A stretch of 64,000 nucleotides of DNA, taken from contig NC_043017.1 in NCBI RefSeq assembly GCF_006345805.1, positions 25,110,001 to 25,174,000 on the forward strand, in the 5' to 3' direction. The translations under genes and the position numbers were made by a program. Shown piece after piece: positions 28,563-40,876 of this stretch (position 1 is its first letter; each line of letters opens with the position of its first letter). The notes under the pieces were generated by a model, which saw only the letters and a list, made by a program, of their open reading frames with translations, searched no databases and was not told the origin of the DNA. The stretch is from Octopus sinensis (Eukaryota).

Positions 28563-29782
28563 TATGAAGGAGTAAAGACTGACTTTGGTCACAAATGACC
28601 ATAGGATTGCACCTAGAAAGTTCCCCTCTTTAGGTACAAGTCCGGGCAAGGTTGTTTATGGAAGACAAGCAGTGCTCATGGATACCAGCCTCACCTCTTC
28701 ATGCCACTGATGATATCCAAGGGAAAAGCCAAAGACCGATACAGCTTAGCACCAGTGACATCGCAACTCATTTCTACAGCTGAGTAAACTGGAGCAATGT
28801 GAAATAAAGTGTCTTGCTCAAGAACACAGCACACAGCCCAGTTCAGGAATCAAGCTCACAACCTCCCAATCATAAGCTTGATGCTCTAACCACTATATAT
28901 ATACACTCACGGAGTGGTTAGCATTAGGAAGGGCATCCAGCTGTAGAAACACTGCCAGACCCCGGTCAAACTGTCCAACCCATGCTAGCATGGAAAACGG
29001 ACGTTAAACGCTGATGATGATGATGATATATATTTCTTTATTGCTCACGGGGCTGAACATGGAGGGGACAAACAGGGACAGACAAACGGATTAAGTCGAT
29101 TACATCGACCCCAGTGTGTAACTGATACTTATTTAATCGACCCCGAAAGGATGAAAGGCAAAGTCGACCTCAGCAGAATTTGAACTCAGAACGTAGCGGC
29201 AGATGAAATACCGCTAAACATTTCGCTCAGTGTGCTAACGATTCTGCCAGCTTGCCACCCAAATATATATATATGTGGAGGCGCAATGGCCCAGTGGTTA
29301 GGGCAGCGGACTCGCGGTTGTAGGATCGCAGTTTCGATTCCCAGACCGGGCGTTTTGAGTGTTTATTTAGCGAAAACACCTAAAGCTCCACGAGGCTCCG
29401 GCAGAGGGTGTTGGCAATCCCTGCTGTACTCTTTCGCCACAACTTTCTCTCACTCTTTCTTCTGTTGGCCTGCTCGCTTAGCCAGTGGGGTGGCATCATT
29501 TGAAGGCTAAAACAATGCGAAGCGCATTGTGACCAGCGATGTGTAGCAACATCTGATAGCCTAGTCGGTCACGGTGATCATGGTGATATATATATATAAA
29601 GAGAGAGAGAGGAGAGAAACTTGTAAATGTATTACTTCACAGTTGTGATAGTGTATATGAAATAAAGAAACGTTACTTACTATTTCTGGGTGAATCCTTT
29701 TACATTCCATGAGACTGATTAAAACAAATGCTGTCATAGCTTGTTCACTGAGGCCACCCTACAAAAAGAAAAGTTTAAAATG

Positions 29783-29823
<41 letters not shown>

Positions 29824-31161
29824 GCATATGTGCGTCTGTGTGTATTTATAGTTGTTCTGTGTGTGTATTTATAGTTATTGTTCAAAGTTTCCCCAAGACA
29901 CCTGATGAAGGCTGGAGAGTACATCAGCCGAAACGTTGTGTTAACAACAAACAAGATGAGGGCAAATAGCTGTCAAATGTAAATAATATACATAATGTAT
30001 GATAGTAACTATTGTCTCACCATCATTTCTGTATGGATGACTGGATTATTCTCAACAAAGGAGCCATCGGGTTTTTGCTTGTTGATGAGCCATGTTATTG
30101 CTGTCCTCGTTAACATAGGGTCGACATATTCAAACTCCGCAGCTTGACAAAATACTTTCAACACAAATGCTGTTAGCCTAAAAAAAAATTGAGAAGAGGA
30201 GAGATTAGGATGGAAATTTTGATGAAAGAAATTTTGATGTGAAACTCATGAAAGGAAACTGGAAAAATATTTCACCCAGTTCCTATTGATAATTCTCACT
30301 CTTCTCTCTTTCTCTCTCTTGCCCCTAAGTGTGAGTAACCAAGTAGCTTCTCTCTAAGTACTTGATTGCCCCAGCATTCTTCCCTTATCCCATACTCTAT
30401 ACAGTGGGTGCATATGGCTCCTGAGGGTCCATATAAGATTTTGAGGGGTCCACACAGCAAAATACTAAATTGGGAATCCACAATAATATTTTAAAGGCCC
30501 CTTAAAAAAAATTATTTTAGATGTATGTATTGGTATGTATTGCAAGAAACAGCCAGGTTTCTTTTTCTAATTTTATACAGTTCAACCTACACAAGTTGTG
30601 TGAAAAACAAAATAGAAACCAGTTTCTAAACATCGAATGGCTATGAGGATCCACCAGGATGAAAGAGTAATAAAAGGAGTCCATAATAGTATTTTAAGGG
30701 TCCCTGAATAAATTTTGCTTTAGATGTATGTATTGTAAGAAACAGCTAGGTTCCTTTCTCTAATTTTATATAGTTCAATGTACACAAGTTAATGCGTGAA
30801 AAAAAAAAGAATTTTGAAAGGAGTTTCTATAAAACTAGATTTTAAACATGGAATCGCTACAGGGTCCACCAGAGTAAATAGTAATGAAAGGGGATCATAG
30901 GTAAAAAATGGTTGAGACCCTTTGCTCTATACCCTCATCTCCTTGAATAAATGCTGCCCACCCAGTATTTGGGTTTATACAGTCTTGTGAGCTTCATGGT
31001 GACCTCATTAGAGCTGTTGCCATGAAAGAAGCACCCAGTACATACTGTAAAGGGATTGGCATTAAGAAGGGCACCCATTTGTAGAAACCATGCCAAAACA
31101 GATGGTAGAGTTTGGTACGGACATGAGGGAATTTCGTAGATGGAAACTGTAAGAAGCCTAT

Positions 31162-31214
<53 letters not shown>

Positions 31215-34200
31215 TAGAAAAAAACCATCTTTTATCAATTCAATAAGCAAAAATTAAATTATACCATTTATATATATATATACACACACACATATATATC
31301 TACACACATACACATACACACACATATCTATGCATGTCTATCTTTGTGTCTGCATCTGTCCCCCCCTCCACCGCCACTGCTTGACAACTGGTGCTGGTGT
31401 GTTTACGTCCCTGTAACTTAGCGATTTGGCTACAAAGAGACCAATAGAATAGGTATTAGGCTTTAAAAAAAATAACTATTATGGCCAAAACATTCGACTA
31501 AAATCATTCTTCAAATTGGTGCTCCAGCATGGCTGCAGTCTAATAACTGAAACAAGTAAAATATACAAAGATACTCACCATGTGCTGGCAGAGTTTCGGT
31601 CAAAAGCTGCATAAGAGCCATCTATCTTACGAAATTCTTGCTCTTTTAATATACCTAAAATAATATAATAAATTATAATAAATTATAATATACCTAAAAT
31701 AATATAATAAATTATAATGTACCTAAAATAATAAACTGGGGTGGGGGAGAAAAAAATAGAGATAAATAAGGAAATAAATGAAAAAAAATTAAATAAAGGG
31801 TTGGATAAAAACAGTATAGTAAGCAAACCCATATACACACACACACACAAAACACATAGACCCGTATATACATGCACACACACACACACGCATACAGATA
31901 CAGATGCGAATGCCTGTGCAGTTAAGGACACACATCATAGAAAAAACAGAATGGATTAAACAGGACTGGAGGAGACACATGGGGTGGAGAGTTGCTGAAG
32001 AGGTCACAGGATGTGTGACAAAAGATTTCCAGACAAAGGACATAAAATAAGAATAATTATAAATCTGAAGTGAAGAATGATTATATAGTGTATGTGTTTA
32101 TTTGGCAAGGGGAAAAAAATGGCCATCCTGAAATATGACAAGAGCACTCAGAGAGTGCAAACCTCTGTCAAGGCAACACCAATGTCCTCTCCACGATAAG
32201 CCAGAGATGATTTTTTTAAATGTGAAATCTGAAATAAACTCGACTGATCTCACAAATGAGAATACTAAAAATGAACCTGACTGCTCTCAAAAACTAAGTA
32301 AAAAAAAAAACAGGAAAAATAATCCAGAATCCTTGTCCAGTACCGGATTAAACCCAAAATCTAATCAGTTCGTGCCAGTCATGAGGCTAAACATCCTTGA
32401 AGGTTTCGTCACAATCCATCCAGCAGTTCTTGAGATATTTTGTCCATGGACAAACAAACAAACATAACTGTGGTTTGGAAGCAAACTTTTTATCACACAG
32501 CCACATGTGTGTATGCTTATGTCCCTGAAACTTAGAGGTTCAACACAGGATATTAACAGAATGAGTACTTGGCTTTCAAGATAAGAAAATAATAGGCACA
32601 GGGTTCAGTCTGCTTGACTAAACTCTGCAGGGCAGTGCTCCAGCATGGCAGTAGTCCATTAACTGAACCAAGTAAGAAAAACATTATTCATGCAAAATGA
32701 GAGAGAGGGTGAATAAGAGCATGAAAAGAAAAAAAAGAAGAAAAGTGAAAGAGAAGCGAGTGAAAGAAATTTTGAGGTAGAATCTTAGAGTTTCAGGTCA
32801 AAGAAATATGAAGAAATATACAAGAGATGCAACGAGGAATTTTACCTAATCTGATGAATCTGGTGGAATTCTCAAAGATCTCTGGTGTCACTTGGTTTGT
32901 ACTGTTCAGGTATTTGAGAACATAGACACAGGGGGCCAGGAATATCATGGTCTGCTCTCCACAGCCATAAGGCTTCTTCAGCAGCTTCTCCGGTTCTTTC
33001 AGGGTGGTCTGTATTGTGGATCCGAGAAGGTTTCCTTCAGGAAGGATCAAGGTAAATATTTACAGTAACTCTGTGTGTGCGTGTTCGAGTGTGTGCATTT
33101 GTGAGTGTGCATGCATGTGTGTGTGCATGTGTACATATATCATCATTGTTTCTTTTTTAATGAAGGTGCATGGCTAAGTGGTTAGGAGTATTCAGCTAAT
33201 GATCGAAAGGTCATGAGTTCAATTCCCAACAATGCATTGTATCCTTGAGCAAGACACTTTATTTCTCATTGCTCCACTCCACTCAGTTGGCAAAAATTAG
33301 TTTGTACCAGTATTTCAAAGGGTCAGCCTTGTCACATTCTGTGTCATGCTGAATATCCCCAAGAACTACATTAAGAACTACATCTCAGCCACTTGCAGAT
33401 TAATTTCAAAAGCAGGTTGTTCTATTAATCAGATCAGCCGGAACCCTTGTCATCTTAATCAACAGAGTGCCAATTATCATTGCTTTCACACCCATTTTTC
33501 CATGCTTGCATGGGTCAGACAGAATTTGGTCACGGCAGATTTTCTTTAGCTGGATGCTTTTCCTGTCACCGATCCTCACTTGTTTTCCAAGTAAATATTT
33601 CCCCCCGACTGAACATGTGTTTTGTGAACATGTTTTTTATCAAATGGAGGGTACTATTCAGAGGAGACAAGATCTCCTTTGGTGAAGCAGAAAATTGTGT
33701 GGATCCAACAAATCAGTTACTCTGTGACCACTTCGACACCTGACATGTGGTACCCTGTGCACTTGTTCGGGCAACATCGATTTGATGGAGGGAGAGAGCT
33801 AATGCACAGCACATGCATTTGATTACTATAATGCAAATCATTTGTGCAGATTGTTCTTCAAAAAATTGCAGAACCATCTTTCTCAGACTACAAGTGGCTA
33901 CCATCATATGTATAAAAAACAATAAATTAAAGGCTATATACGAAAACAAAACCCTCACCTGTAATAACAATGTCACCATTTGCTGAGCCGTCAATTGCAT
34001 CAGGGGGTTGGTTAAGATTTAAGATGATGCTCTGCGTTTTCTGGGAAACATAGATTTCATCTAGAAAAAGTGCAAGAGAAACATATTTATTGGTTGTTAG
34101 TAGATTTAGAGATATAGCAGTTATTTCTAAGTTAGGTAAAAGGTCTGAAGGAAGCAGTTGATAATCTTGTTCCTTGCTCTGGATTAGTATTTTGTTTCTG

Positions 34201-37200
34201 GATTAGTATTTACGTAATGAGTTCAAAATCCACCGAGGTGGACTTTGCTCTTCATCCTTTCAGGGTTAATAAAATAAGCACCAGTTGAACAGTGGGGCTG
34301 TCGTAATTGACTAGCCCTCCCCAACCAAATTTCAGGCCCTGTACCTATAATAGGGAGGATTATTATAGTTATAAATAAGGAAACCAGCGTGGCTGTGTGG
34401 TAAGAAGCTTGCTTCCCAACCACATGATTCTGATTTCAGTCCCACTGCGTGGCACCTTGGGCAAATGTCTTCTAGTATAGCCTCAGCCAACCAAAGCCTT
34501 GTGAGTGGAGTTGGTAAATAGAAACTGAAAGAAGCCCACCGCATCTCTCTCTCTCTCTCTCTCTGATGCAAATGAGTTCTGCGATGCAAATGACCTTATG
34601 GTCTGCAATACCAACTTCAGGAAACCCACCTCTCACCTACCGTTCTGGCAGACACACCAGCCAGATTGACTACATCCTTGCCAGAAAAAGGGAAAGAGGG
34701 CTGATTATAAAAGCCAAAACCTTTCCAGGCGAAGAATGTACTCCCCAACATAGATTAGTAGTTAGCGACTTCAGGATAAGAGCTAAATGGTTGCCCAGAA
34801 GAAGACCAGCTTGGAGGAGAAGGGTCTGGAAGCTTAAAGATCCTGCAAATGGACAGAGATTTAGAGACATACTACTCGAAGCCTTTGACGAAATAGAAGG
34901 GGATATAGCTTCACTTAATGTGGAAGACAGCTGGAGATTCCTACGGGACAATCTGCTGACAGCCACTGACCAGATCTGTGGATGGAGCAAAGTACCATCT
35001 CGACCCAGAGTAACATGGTGGTGGAACACTGTGGTTGACAGGGCTATTAGACAAAAGAGACAGGCTTGGAAGGACTGGAAGAACGGTGGTAGCAGGGAAT
35101 TGTATCAGACAGCCAGAAGGGAAGCTAGGAGACAGGTTTATTTAGCCAGAGGGGAAGCGGATAAGAAAAAATTTGCCAATGTTCTGAGCCGTGAGGATGA
35201 AAGACTTGAGGTATTTCGTGTTGCAAGACAGTGTGTGAGAGAGAATCATGATGTGGTAGGAGAGAAGTGTGTTCGCATGGATGATGGTTCACTTGCGCTA
35301 AATGAGGATGCAAAGAGAGAGGTTTGGAGATGCCACTATGAAAGGTTGCTGAATAAAGAAATTTAATGGGATAAAGAGAGTCTGCTGAATGTTGACCCAA
35401 CAGAGGGACCAGCTATCCGAGTTGATAGCTCCGTGGTAGCTAAGGCAATTAGAAGCATGAAGACAGGGAAAGCCCCAGGCCCATCAGGAATTACTGCAGA
35501 GATGCTCAAAATATCTGGCAGTGTCGGCTATAACCTAGTCACCCGTATAGTCAACCAGGTGATACACGAAGGAGTCATACCCAATGACTGGTGTAGCAGC
35601 ATACTAGTCAACTGCTACAAAGGTAAAGGTGATGCCCTAGATACAAATAATTACAGAGGTATCAAGCTGTTGGATCAGGTAATGAAGGTTACGGAGAGGG
35701 TCATAGCCCAACTAATTAGAGAGAGAGTTAGTTTAGATGAGATGCAGTTTGGGTTCGTGCCAGGGAAAAGCACCACTGATGCTATATTCCTGGTAAGGCA
35801 GCTGCAGGAGAAATACCTAGCCAAAGATAAGCCCCTGTACCTGGCTTTCATTGACATGGAGAAAGCCTTTGATAGGGTCCCCCGATCCCTCATCTGGTGG
35901 TCAATGAGGAAACTAGGGATAGATGAATGGCTGGTGAGGGCTGTGCAAGCCATGTACAGAGATGCCGTAAGTAAGGTTAGGGTTGGCAACATGTACACAG
36001 AAGAATTCAAAGTAGAGGTTGGGGTCCACCAGGGTTCAGTTCTCAGCCCCCTCCTATTTATCATAGTCCTCCAGGCAATTGTGGAGGAATTCAAGACAGG
36101 TTGCCCCTGGGAGCTCCTCTATGCTGACGACCTCGCTCTAATTGCTGAGTCACTATCAGAACTGGAGGAGAAGTTCCAGGTGTGGAAGGAGGGTCTAGAA
36201 TCGAGGGGCCTTAGAGTCAACCTAGCTAAAACCAAAGTACTAATAAGTAGAAAGGTAGACAATCCACAAATATCCTCAGGAAGATGGCCCTGCTCGATCT
36301 GTAGAAAAGGTGTAGGTAGAAACTCTATAAGATGTACCCAGTGTAAGCTATGGACACATAAGAGGTGCAGCAACGTCAAAGGTAGGCTAACTGAGAAGAC
36401 AGTTTTTGTATGTGGCAGATGCTCGGGAGCATTGACCTCCGAAAATCTGCAGAAAACAACTTCTGTCACTTTCCGGGGGGAAAAACTAGAAGTAGTTGAT
36501 AGCTTCCGCTATCTAGGTGACCAAGTCAGTAGTGGGGGTGGGTGCGCTGAAAGTGTAACTGTTAGAATAAGAATAGCCTGGGCAAAGTTTAGGGAGCTCT
36601 TACTTCTGCTGGTGACTAAAGGCCTCTCGCTCAGAGTAAAAGGCAGACTGTATGATGCATGTGTACGAACAGCTATGCTACATGGCAGTGAAACATGGGC
36701 CGTGACTGCTGAGGACATGCGTAAGCTCGTGAGGAATGAAGCCAGTATGCTCCGATGGATGTGTAATGTCAGTGTACTTACTCGACAGAGCGTTAGTACC
36801 TTGAGAGAAATGTTGTACCTAAGAAGCATCAGTTGTGGTGTGCAAGAGAGACGATTGCGCTGGTATGGTCATGTGGCAAGAATGGATGAAGATAGGTGTG
36901 TGAGAAAGTGCCAATCCCTAGCAGTTGAGGGAACCCGTGGAAAAGGTAGACCCAGGAAAACCTGGGACGAGGTGGTGAAGCACGACCTTTGGACGTTAGG
37001 TCTCACCATGGAAATGACTAGAGACCGAGACCTATGGAAGTATGCTGTGCGTGAGAAGACCCAGCAAGACTAGTGAAGCCATAACCCGTGGCCCCTACCT
37101 GGGACGTAGTCAGTCCACCTGTGCATACCTTCCTTCTTGTGACACTTGTGAAGACCTGTTGAGGCAAGTGAAAATCAAAATCACTTCAAACCAAATCAAA

Positions 37201-40200
37201 ATAGATGAACATCAACGGAATTTGTATCCTTGTGGTACCAGTGCCGGTGGCACATAAGAAAACCATCCGAACGTGACCATAGCCAGTACCGCATCGACTG
37301 GCCTCCGTGCTGAGGGCACGTAACAAACACCATCCGAGCGTGGCCGTTCGCCAGGCTCGTCTGGCACCCGTGTCGGTGACACATAAAAAACACCATCCGA
37401 GCGTGGCCGTCTGCCAGCCTCGTCTGGCACCTGTGTCGGTGGCACATAAAAAACACCATCCGAGCGTGGCCGTCTGCCAGCCTCGTCTGGCACCTGTGTC
37501 GGTGGCACATAAAATCACCCACTACACTCTCGGAGTGGTTGGCGTTAGGAAGGGCATCCAGCTGTAGAAACACTGCCAGATCTGACTGGCCTGGTGCAGC
37601 CTTCGGGCTTGCCAGACCCCAGTTGAACCGTCCAACCCATGCTAGCATGGAAAGCGGACGTTAAACGATGATGATGATGATGATGATGATGTGTGTGTGT
37701 GTTTCTGTCTGTTTGTCTGTCACACCACTTGAAATCAGTGCTGGTATACTTATGTCCCTGGGAACTTAGCAGTTTGGCAAAAGAGACTGATAGAATAAAT
37801 ACCAGGCTTAACAAAACAATAAGTATTGGGGGTGATTCATTTGACAAAAAATTCTTCAAGGCAGTGCCCCAGCATGGCCACAGCCTAATGATGAAAACAA
37901 GTAAAAAACAAAAAAACAAAAAACAATATATTTTTATATTAACTTTTTGGTATTGTTATATGATTGGAAAGTTGTCTTCGGGGTCTGCTATGTTTGGAGA
38001 AAGTTCCAGATGGATCCAACATGAGCGATATACTCTTTGTCTCTTTGATGCCTTCATACTGGAAAATATAAAAGAAGTTAGTCTTTAATAACACTTTTAG
38101 CATTCATATTATTCTGTCAAATGTAATTCTTATTTATTCACATTGTATTGAATTAATCATGCATTATCATGTAGTTTCGAGGTTTTAATGATCTTCATCA
38201 TCGTTTAACGTCTGCTTTCCATGCTGGCATGGGTTGGACAGTTTGACTGAGGACTGGTGATCCACAGGCTGCACCAGGCTCAATCTGATCTGGCAAAGTT
38301 TCTACAGCTGGATGCCCTTCCTAACGCCAACCACTCTGAGAGTGTAGTGAGTGCTTTTACATGACACCGGCACGAGGGCTAGTCAGGCAGTTCTGGCAAT
38401 GACCATGCTCAAAAGCTGTTTTTTTGCTTGCTACTTGCACGGGAGCCAGTCCAGCGGCACTGGCAATGACCATGCTTGAACGTTGTTTATCACGTGCCAC
38501 TGGCACATGTGTCGGTAAGGCAACGCTGGCAATGATGTGATCGTTTATTTTTAGAATGACATTGTAGGTCAGGCGAGAATGGCTGGATCTGGCCAGTTTT
38601 AACATTAAACAGGTAGAATATTTGAGCCAGATCTGGCCAGTTTGACCCTTAAGTATTCAAATTGTTGATGAAAATGATGATGATGTTGTAGATCATGTCG
38701 AAAATAATGGTGATGCTGATGATGGTTATACCAATGACGATGATCATCATCATGACAGAGATATTCGTTATGATGGTGAGGGGGATGGTGGGGACGAAAT
38801 GATGTGTGTGTAGGGGGGATGAAGATGAATGTGTTGATGGTAATGATAACATTGGTTTCAAATTGTGGCACAAGGCCAGCAATTTTGAAGGGAGTGAGGG
38901 GTTAAGTTGATAACATCGACCCCAGTACTCGACTGGTACTTATTTTATTGACCCCCCAAAAGGATGACAAAAGTGTGATGCCTTCTGGCCAATCCCCAAG
39001 TGAGTCTGCTGATTTATCATCTAATGATATCAATAATATTGACAGTGCCGAAGATGACGATGATGATGATGATTACTACAACAACAACAACAATGTTGAT
39101 AGTAGTGTTCAGTATTATGATGAGGGTGAAGGTGGTGAAGAGATAAGTGAAGATGATGATGATTCTCAGACCCCCTTTGGTCACGACACTGACCATGGGA
39201 TTGCACCTACCCTCCGAAGCACAAGTCCGGGCAAGGTTGTTTATGGGAGACCGACAGTCGCCCATGCATACCAGCTTCCCCTCTCCACGCCACTGATGTT
39301 ATCCAAGGAAAAGGCAAGAGTCGATACAGCTTGGCACCTGTGACATCGCAACTCATTTCTACAGCTGAGTGAACTGGAGCAACGTGAAATAAAGTGTCTT
39401 GCTCAAGAACACATCACGCAGCCCGGTCCGGGATTCGAGCTCACAACCTCACGATCGTAAGCTCGACGCTCTAACCACTGAGTCATGTGCCTTCACAAGA
39501 TGATGATGACGACGACAATGGTTATAGATCAGTTAGAATTGATATTCCATCAGATTCCAACTTGACTTTAAACTTACCTGAACTCTTAAAGTTTTCCTTA
39601 TCTCTTCTCTGAAGTTGTCATCAATCTGTGTGACGGTGACACGGATGGTGAAATTTCCAGTCCAAAGAGGAATGATCGCAAGACGAGACACCTCGAGGCT
39701 CTGGGGTAAAATCTTTTTGATAACTTCGTAGGGTTTTCCAGGTGCAGCATGGGAACAGATTCCTTTCGTTTCATGGAATGCCAGTTTCACCTTCAATAAA
39801 GATAGAGATACATACAGTTGTGGCCAAAAGTTTGGAACATTTTCTTTTCAAAGTCAAAACTGTTTTGCCCAAGTACAATTCAATTCAAATATATACAATG
39901 TATATATTCAGGCATTTAATATAAAGATTCTAATTTTCACTCCTCTTTTCAGACCTGGTAAACCAGAAGACTGTACCAGGCTTCACTGACTGTTTTGGCA
40001 TACTCTTTACTCTTTTACTTGTTTCAGTAATTTGACTGCGGCCATGCTGGAGCACCGCCTTTTAATCGAGCAACTCGACCCTGGGACTTATTCTTTGTAA
40101 GTCCAGTACTTATTCTATCGGTCTCTTTTGCTGAACCGCTAAGTGGCGGGGACATAAACACACCAGCATCGGTTGTCAAGCAATGCTAGGGGGACAAACA

Positions 40201-40215
40201 CACACACACACACAT

Positions 40216-40250
<35 letters not shown>

Positions 40251-40839
40251 CGACGGGTTTCTTTCAGTTTCCGTCTACCAAATCCACTCACAAGGCTTTG
40301 GTCGGCCCAAGGCTATAGCAGAAGACACTTGCCCAAGGTGCCATGCAGTGGGACTGAACCTGGAACCATGTGGTTGGTAAACAAGCTACTTACCACACAG
40401 CCACTCCTGCGCCTGATTTTTTTTTTTTCTTACAGCTGGGTGCCCTTCGTAATGCCATCCACTTTACAGAGTACACTGGATGCTTTTTATGTGGCACCAG
40501 CACCAGTAAGGTCTACTTTGGCATAATATATATGCAGATCTCGGTAATTCCCTTCCCTCTCATTGTTTAACCCCAGGTCGAGCAGACCTATCGTCAAGAA
40601 GACCTATAATCCGTAGCCTTCTTGACGTTTTTGTTTTAAAGACAATGATTTAGAAGGAAATTTGGCCACTATTTCTAGTAACTCAGGTGACCATATAAAG
40701 GTTCTCTCTTGTTGGACTCATCTGGCCAAGTTTTTTTCCCTAAGTCTTGACCTACAAAAGCTCAACCTGAACATTAGCCATATTGATCTCACCAAACCAG
40801 TTATGGCAGGACTTGCAAAAGTCATGGGTACTCCCCCTC

Positions 40840-40876
<37 letters not shown>

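Noticed and set aside
30395-30932. hAT MITE with CTCTATAC flanks
   Set aside because: Right end resembles the hAT TIR but the left TIR is too degenerate to confirm
38948-39343. Acidic 131-aa ORF
   Set aside because: (GAT)n/(AAC)n microsatellite joined to SINE sequence
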